64,000 nt of DNA from Monocercomonoides exilis PA203 (taxonomy: Eukaryota > Protista > Preaxostyla). The notes below the pieces were generated by a model, which did not search any database, was not told the DNA's origin, and saw only the letters and a program-made list of their open reading frames with translations. The DNA is taken from positions 1,426,001 to 1,490,000 of the forward strand of contig LSRY02000005.1 in NCBI GenBank assembly GCA_001643675.2, in the 5' to 3' direction. Position numbers and translations under genes: made by a program. This document shows, piece by piece, positions 58,908 to 64,000 of this stretch (positions are counted from its first letter, which is position 1; each line of letters begins with the position of its first letter).

Positions 58908-61900
58908 TTATTGTTCCTGCAACGACTGCGCCAACACAAACTGCAGCAACTCATCTTCTGACATGCTGCTGAAATCAGGCGTTTCAGAATTAATCTCTCT
59001 AACCCCACCTTCAAGCAAATGCTTAACATCTTCTCTGTTTGTTCCTTCCATCTGTTCATCAGCATATAGCTCAGAATGCAACGGACGTGGAAGAGGCGCA
59101 GGTGCAACTTCTGTGTCTCTCTGGTGCTCTTCTGACGGATCTTTCACATTCGCCAATTGCGACGCTGAACTTGGCTGACTCGACATTTCACCTCTTTCTG
59201 CTTCATCTTTCTTGAGAGCAGCTAAGTTACTCTCTTCCTTCTCTTTCTCTTTCTCTTTCTCTGTCCCCTTCTCTGCCTCTTTCTCTTTATTCTCTCCGCT
59301 CTGTCTCTTCATCATCTCCTCCTGCTCCTTCAGCGACGCCTCCATTGCCAGCTTCAGCGCCTGCTCTTCGTCTGCCACTCCGTTGTCCCACGCGCTCTGC
59401 GAAAACTCACTCCGAACTGGCTCTGGCGGCCCGTACTTTTGCGACAGCGGCGACGGATCGCGGAAAGCCAGCGGCGTCGGGCGGGTGGTGTACTGCTCGT
59501 GTGTCTCCGCATTCCTGTTGATCTCGCCAAACTCTGAGTACTTCTGCTGATGCTCTGCTGATCCGCTTCTATTTCCTTTCGAAGAAGAAGAATAGGAAGA
59601 AGAAGAAGAAGAAGAAGATGATGATGACGAAGAAGATGATGAGCGATAGATCTTTGGCTTGTCTCCAAACATAATGCCCCCGTTCAGCAAGAAGGCTCCA
59701 ACAGGCACACGCCCACTCGATGCAACTGTCGTCGGCTCGTCAATTTTACCTTCAAATTGCTTCGTCCGCTTTTCAAACATCGAAATCTCGCCAAGCTTCT
59801 TCTTCTTCTTCTTCTTATTTTCTCCATCTTTTTCATTTCTGTCGCTATCGCTGTCACTATCACTCTCAAAGTCATCATCATCGTCATCATCATTAGGGTA
59901 TGAACCACCCTGACGATAATGATATCCGCCTGAGTGTGAGGGACCAAGAAAGACAGCATCTGCAGAAGAGGAGGAAGAAGAAGAAGATGAATATGAATAG
60001 CTTGAGCCACATCCACCTCCATAGGCATCTTCTGAGATGAACGAATGAGACGAGGTTGAAGAAGAAGAAGAAGAAGCTGCTGCTTTCTTCTTCTTCTCCT
60101 TTTCAGCTTCTGCTGACACAATTTCTGAGATGTCTTCGACTTTGAACAGTTTGATGTTTGAAGGCAGGAACAGCGGAGGAACTGAGGGAAACGAGGAAGG
60201 AGGAGGAGGAACATATTCTGAATAGTTTGGCTGGGCAGAGGAAGAAGAAGAAGCAGAAGAAGCAGAAGAAGCAGAAGCAGAAGAAGAAGACAAGAGAGCT
60301 CCAGCTGCATCGTCCTTTGGGTGCTGCACAAATGCATCTCCAGCTGACGAATTGGTCGGAAGCTCGCTTGTAATTGCTGCCAGAATGCCTTCATTCACTT
60401 CGCTGCTTTGAATCTCCTGCGAAGGCGCTGAGTGGACAGAGGCAGCAATCTGCGCTTGTGTGATGTTGGAAGGAGGAGGGAGAGGAGAAGAAGAAGGATC
60501 GGGAACTTCTTCATTGTCGTTTGTGGGCAAAGAACTGTCTTTTTCTGTTTCTGCTACTTTTTCTACGGTTTCTTCTTTTCCTTCTTTCCCTTTTTCTTTG
60601 CCAAGTTTGTCTTCTGTTTGTGTCAGTGGAACAGGTGAAGGTGGCTCTTCAACAGAAGAAGATGTTATGATTGGTGTTGAAGATGTTGCATTTGCATTCT
60701 CTTTCTTCTCTTCTTTCTTCTCCTTTTCCTTCTCATTTTCTTTTTCTTTTTCTTTTTCATCTTCCGTTTTCTTCTTCTTGTTCTTCATCTCTTCCATCCA
60801 CTTTTCTCTTTCTGCCTCTTCCTCCCTTCTAATCTCCTTCTCTCTCTCTTCTCCCATTCTGAGCACAAATTCTGTGTCTTCTCTTTTCCAGCTGATTCCT
60901 CTTCGCTTGTAAAACAGCAGATACGCATCTCGTGTGACCACATCTGGTTCTATGCTTTCTTCATATTCTTCTTCTTCTTCTTCTTTTTCTTTTTCTTCTG
61001 CTTGAATGCTCTCTTTGTTCTCTCCTTCTTTTTCATCTTTTGAGCTTTCATTCGATTTTTGATTGTTTTCCTTCTCATCAGAATTGCTGCTTTGATTGTC
61101 TGCTTTAATTTTCTCTTTTTCTTCTTCCTTCATTTCTGTCTTTTGTCCATCATTCTGATCTTTTCCAACTGAAGAAGAAGAAGAAGACATCTGTTCCTCG
61201 TCTTTCTCTTCTTTTCCCTTTCCTTTTCCTTTTCCTTCTCTCTTCTTTCTTCTTCTCTTCACCATCTTCACATCGCTCACTGTGTTGTCATTGAAATGAT
61301 ACCATTTCTGTGTAATTGGAGACAAAGTAGCTGCCATGTAATGCCCTCCTGCTGTTGAGCCAATGTGCATACACACTCCATACAAGTCATAAATAGCTGG
61401 AAAATCTTCATCATCATCATTGTTGCTGTGAACTTCTTTCTTTTCCTTTTCCTCTTTCTCTTCTTTCTCCTCTTTCTCTTTCTTATCTGAGCTTTCTTTG
61501 TTTTCTTTCCCTTCACCACCAACATCATCAGCCTCTCGTTCCTTTGCCATATGCAACAGGTCATATTCCTCCTCCACCATATTCTTCATCTCCTTTCTCA
61601 CGTCTTCTCCACATCTTTCGTACTCCCTCAGATCCAGCCCTTCCACCGGATACTCCACAAACACCTCCATCTTCCTCTGCCTCGCCCCAAAATGCGTCTG
61701 CATTGCTCCAAACGAAGCAGCAATACCAGAAGAAGAAGAAGTTGAAGCAAACCTCTTCAGCTGGATGACGAGAAGAGGAGGAAGGCGGAAGATTTCCATC
61801 TTCTTCATCGCTTCTTTGTCGTCTTTGCACACACTGCAGAACCATCTGTTTTCGGCTGTCAGCTTCTCAGTGTGAGTGAAGAGGGAGAAGCAGTCGTAGA

Positions 61901-64000
61901 TAGACACAGAATCTGGGGGGAATGGAACATATGGGGGATCTTCTGTTGAAGATGATGTGGAAGAGGAAGAAGAGGAAGAGTAAGAAGAAGAAGAAGTTGT
62001 TGCTTCATTTGATTTGATTTTTTCTTTTTCTTCTGTTTTTGCAACTGGATCAGGATTTGGAACAGGTTCATTGCTTGCTTTCGCTTCTTTTTCATTTCCT
62101 TTCTCATTTCCATTCACCTTCTCCTTTTCTCCCTCTTCTTTCTTCTCTTCCTTTTCTTTTTCCTTTGTTTTTTCCTTTTCCTTCTTCTTTTTCTCTTCTT
62201 CTTCTTCTTCCTTCATCAGAACAGGTGCCATCTCATCCTCAATATCAAATGCAGTTGATGTCCAATGCTTGACTGCATCAACCGCCTTCAGCTTTGACAA
62301 ACAATGAGGCGCTGTCCAAAGAATCGTCAAATGCATCTCCTTTAGCAAAGGCGTGCATTTCTCATCTGCTTCATCTGCTTCTTCTTCTCCTTCTCCTTCC
62401 CCAAATGCTCCTTCTTCTTTTTCTTCTTCGCTTTTGAATGTAATCGTCGTTCCCTTGATGTCCACACTCATCCTCTTTCTCCTTTTCTCCTTTGGAAACC
62501 GAACTTCCCTCTGCTTCCTTCTCATCTCTGCCCTCCCAACAAGCACTCGATACGGCACCAGCGCACGCGGTGGAAGCGGAAGTGAAGCCAGCCACGAATC
62601 ATCATTAGAAGCATCATTATCCGCATCATCATTAGAAGAAGAAGCAGATGACGATGACGATGACGATGTTGTTGTTGTTGTTGTTTTTGTTTGAGTATCT
62701 GAAAATGCATTGCTCACATTCCCACGCACACTTGCAATGGAAGGAAAGTCATTGAGTGATATTGAAAAGATCTGTTGATCTTCATTTGCTTCTTTTGTTT
62801 CTTTCTCTTCTTTCTCATTTCCCCCTTCTTTCTCCTCTTTTCCCATTTCTTCATCTTTGTCTCTCTTTGCCTGGTGCTTCCATCGCACAACAGGATTCGA
62901 GTGATGAAACGGAGGCTCCGTCGCTGCCCACCAGGGGCGCTGCAGAGAAGGCACGAAAAAGAGAGGATGAGTGCTGAACAGCTTGTCACAGAAAGGAACA
63001 TAACAGTTGTTCTCCCCCAAAAGTGGCTCTAAAACACGAGAAGAGGAAGAAGAAGGCGAAGAAGTCATTTCTTGTTGTTTTGCGTCTTTCACTTCGTCTT
63101 TCATTGCATCATTCTCATTGCCCATCCAATCGCCTCTTTCCTTCCTCCTCACATCCTCTCTCTCTTCCACCCACTTCTTGTACACTTCTCCATCAAGCAC
63201 TGTCTTCACCCGGTCCCAAATTTTCTCTTGGATTTCTCTGTATGTGGACTCTGCACTCACACGCAGCAGAAACGGGTAGAAGTTCCGATGCTCCGCCAGC
63301 TGCCCTTCGCTTGGCCCGGCTGTTGTGAATGTGCCTGAATATACTTTTAGAAACACAGAAGAAGGAGAAGGAGAAGGAGAAGAAGGAGATGATGATGAAG
63401 ACTCTTCATTCTTCTCATTCTTCTCAGCTTCTTTCACAGCCTCCTCAAACTCTGAGGGAGTATATAAAAATGTGTCGTCTTCGTTCAGTCTGTCTATTTC
63501 CTCGTCTGTGATTGCCTCGCCTGTCTCATAGACAATCACGAATTTTTTGGACTCCTTGTCGAATATGTGAGATGGATGGAGCACTTGCGTGATCATTGAG
63601 TCATGACAGCGCACACAGATGAGATGAGAAGGGTCGATTGGAGAAAAGGAAGAAGATGAAGAAGAAGAAGGAGATGATGATGATGATGAAGCAGAAGCAT
63701 CAGCATCAGAAGAAGGAGTGTTTGTGATGTGTTCTGATACAACTTTTAAGAGATCAGCCACAGACGAGTCGAATGGAAGGAAAAACTCAAAGAAAACTGG
63801 GCGGAGATGAGCAGGCTGAGGATATTTGGCATATTCAGCTGTGGAACACTCGTATGAAGTGCTTGACAGCTGCTTTGTGGGTGCTTTGCTGTGTGCAGAT
63901 GGCAAAGTGGATGAGGATGAGGATGAAGAAGAAGAAGAGGATGAAGATGATTCTGTTGCAGAAGAAGCAGAATCTGAAGGCTTTTCATCAGAAGTTTCTT
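58908..64000 (-). CDS. Ubiquitin-specific protease (C19, USP4/11/15-like) with C-terminal UIMs; 5' part lies beyond the window
   Basis: SIYDCFSLFTHTEKLTAENRWFCSVCK, RLPPLLVIQLKRF, His box YDLYGVCMHIGSTAGGHY, WYHFND and AYLLFYKRR. The frame is open to the window edge and the Cys box is not seen. Confidence 0.92.
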   Translation of the reverse strand, partial: ETSDEKPSDSASSATESSSSSSSSSSSSSSTLPSAHSKAPTKQLSSTSYECSTAEYAKYPQPAHLRPVFFEFFLPFDSSVADLLKVVSEHITNTPSSDADASASSSSSSPSSSSSSSFSPIDPSHLICVRCHDSMITQVLHPSHIFDKESKKFVIVYETGEAITDEEIDRLNEDDTFLYTPSEFEEAVKEAEKNEKNEESSSSSPSSPSPSPSSVFLKVYSGTFTTAGPSEGQLAEHRNFYPFLLRVSAESTYREIQEKIWDRVKTVLDGEVYKKWVEEREDVRRKERGDWMGNENDAMKDEVKDAKQQEMTSSPSSSSSRVLEPLLGENNCYVPFCDKLFSTHPLFFVPSLQRPWWAATEPPFHHSNPVVRWKHQAKRDKDEEMGKEEKEGGNEKEEKETKEANEDQQIFSISLNDFPSIASVRGNVSNAFSDTQTKTTTTTTSSSSSSSASSSNDDADNDASNDDSWLASLPLPPRALVPYRVLVGRAEMRRKQREVRFPKEKRRKRMSVDIKGTTITFKSEEEKEEGAFGEGEGEEEADEADEKCTPLLKEMHLTILWTAPHCLSKLKAVDAVKHWTSTAFDIEDEMAPVLMKEEEEEEKKKKEKEKTKEKEKEEKKEEGEKEKVNGNEKGNEKEAKASNEPVPNPDPVAKTEEKEKIKSNEATTSSSSYSSSSSSSTSSSTEDPPYVPFPPDSVSIYDCFSLFTHTEKLTAENRWFCSVCKDDKEAMKKMEIFRLPPLLVIQLKRFASTSSSSGIAASFGAMQTHFGARQRKMEVFVEYPVEGLDLREYERCGEDVRKEMKNMVEEEYDLLHMAKEREADDVGGEGKENKESSDKKEKEEKEEKEEKEKKEVHSNNDDDEDFPAIYDLYGVCMHIGSTAGGHYMAATLSPITQKWYHFNDNTVSDVKMVKRRRKKREGKGKGKGKEEKDEEQMSSSSSSVGKDQNDGQKTEMKEEEKEKIKADNQSSNSDEKENNQKSNESSKDEKEGENKESIQAEEKEKEEEEEEYEESIEPDVVTRDAYLLFYKRRGISWKREDTEFVLRMGEEREKEIRREEEAEREKWMEEMKNKKKKTEDEKEKEKENEKEKEKKEEKKENANATSSTPIITSSSVEEPPSPVPLTQTEDKLGKEKGKEGKEETVEKVAETEKDSSLPTNDNEEVPDPSSSPLPPPSNITQAQIAASVHSAPSQEIQSSEVNEGILAAITSELPTNSSAGDAFVQHPKDDAAGALLSSSSASASSASSASSSSSAQPNYSEYVPPPPSSFPSVPPLFLPSNIKLFKVEDISEIVSAEAEKEKKKKAAASSSSSSTSSHSFISEDAYGGGCGSSYSYSSSSSSSSSADAVFLGPSHSGGYHYRQGGSYPNDDDDDDDFESDSDSDSDRNEKDGENKKKKKKKLGEISMFEKRTKQFEGKIDEPTTVASSGRVPVGAFLLNGGIMFGDKPKIYRSSSSSSSSSSSSSSSSYSSSSKGNRSGSAEHQQKYSEFGEINRNAETHEQYTTRPTPLAFRDPSPLSQKYGPPEPVRSEFSQSAWDNGVADEEQALKLAMEASLKEQEEMMKRQSGENKEKEAEKGTEKEKEKEKEESNLAALKKDEAERGEMSSQPSSASQLANVKDPSEEHQRDTEVAPAPLPRPLHSELYADEQMEGTNREDVKHLLEGGVREINSETPDFSSMSEDELLQFVLAQSLQEQ

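Noticed and set aside
1-64000. Alternative genetic code (TAA/TAG = Gln, as in some oxymonads)
   Set aside because: Genes end at TAA or TAG right after conserved C-termini (PMS2, MBOAT, cornichon, USP), and long ORFs lack in-frame TAR codons.

Overview
Eukaryotic, AT-rich and gene-dense window with many short GT-AG introns and the standard genetic code (TAA, TAG and TGA all act as stops). The composition, the Ser/Glu/Lys low-complexity proteins and a giant beta-helix/TM/pseudokinase gene suggest an oxymonad protist of the Monocercomonoides type; this is an inference. About 16 protein genes can be reconstructed: PMS2-type MutL, an OB-like+U-box protein, an MBOAT acyltransferase, a UAP56-binding-motif export adaptor, two divergent importin-alpha-like genes, a TFIIF-beta winged-helix protein, an Ada2-like ZZ-SANT protein, an LRR/TSNAXIP1-like protein, a low-complexity protein, a receptor-like pseudokinase, a NEK-like kinase with four SPRY-like domains, CCDC13-like, a motor-less myosin TH1 protein, cornichon, and a USP that runs off the right end. 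The most notable structures are: (1) an apparently perfect ~960-bp palindrome (473-bp arms) between two divergent genes; (2) a same-strand overlap of the Ada2-like and TFIIF-beta genes in which a 23-nt microexon would switch between separate proteins and an in-frame fusion; (3) a TA-flanked MITE/foldback-like dimer with 62-bp subterminal arrays. Exon boundaries were read by eye and family calls rest on remembered motifs, not database searches.
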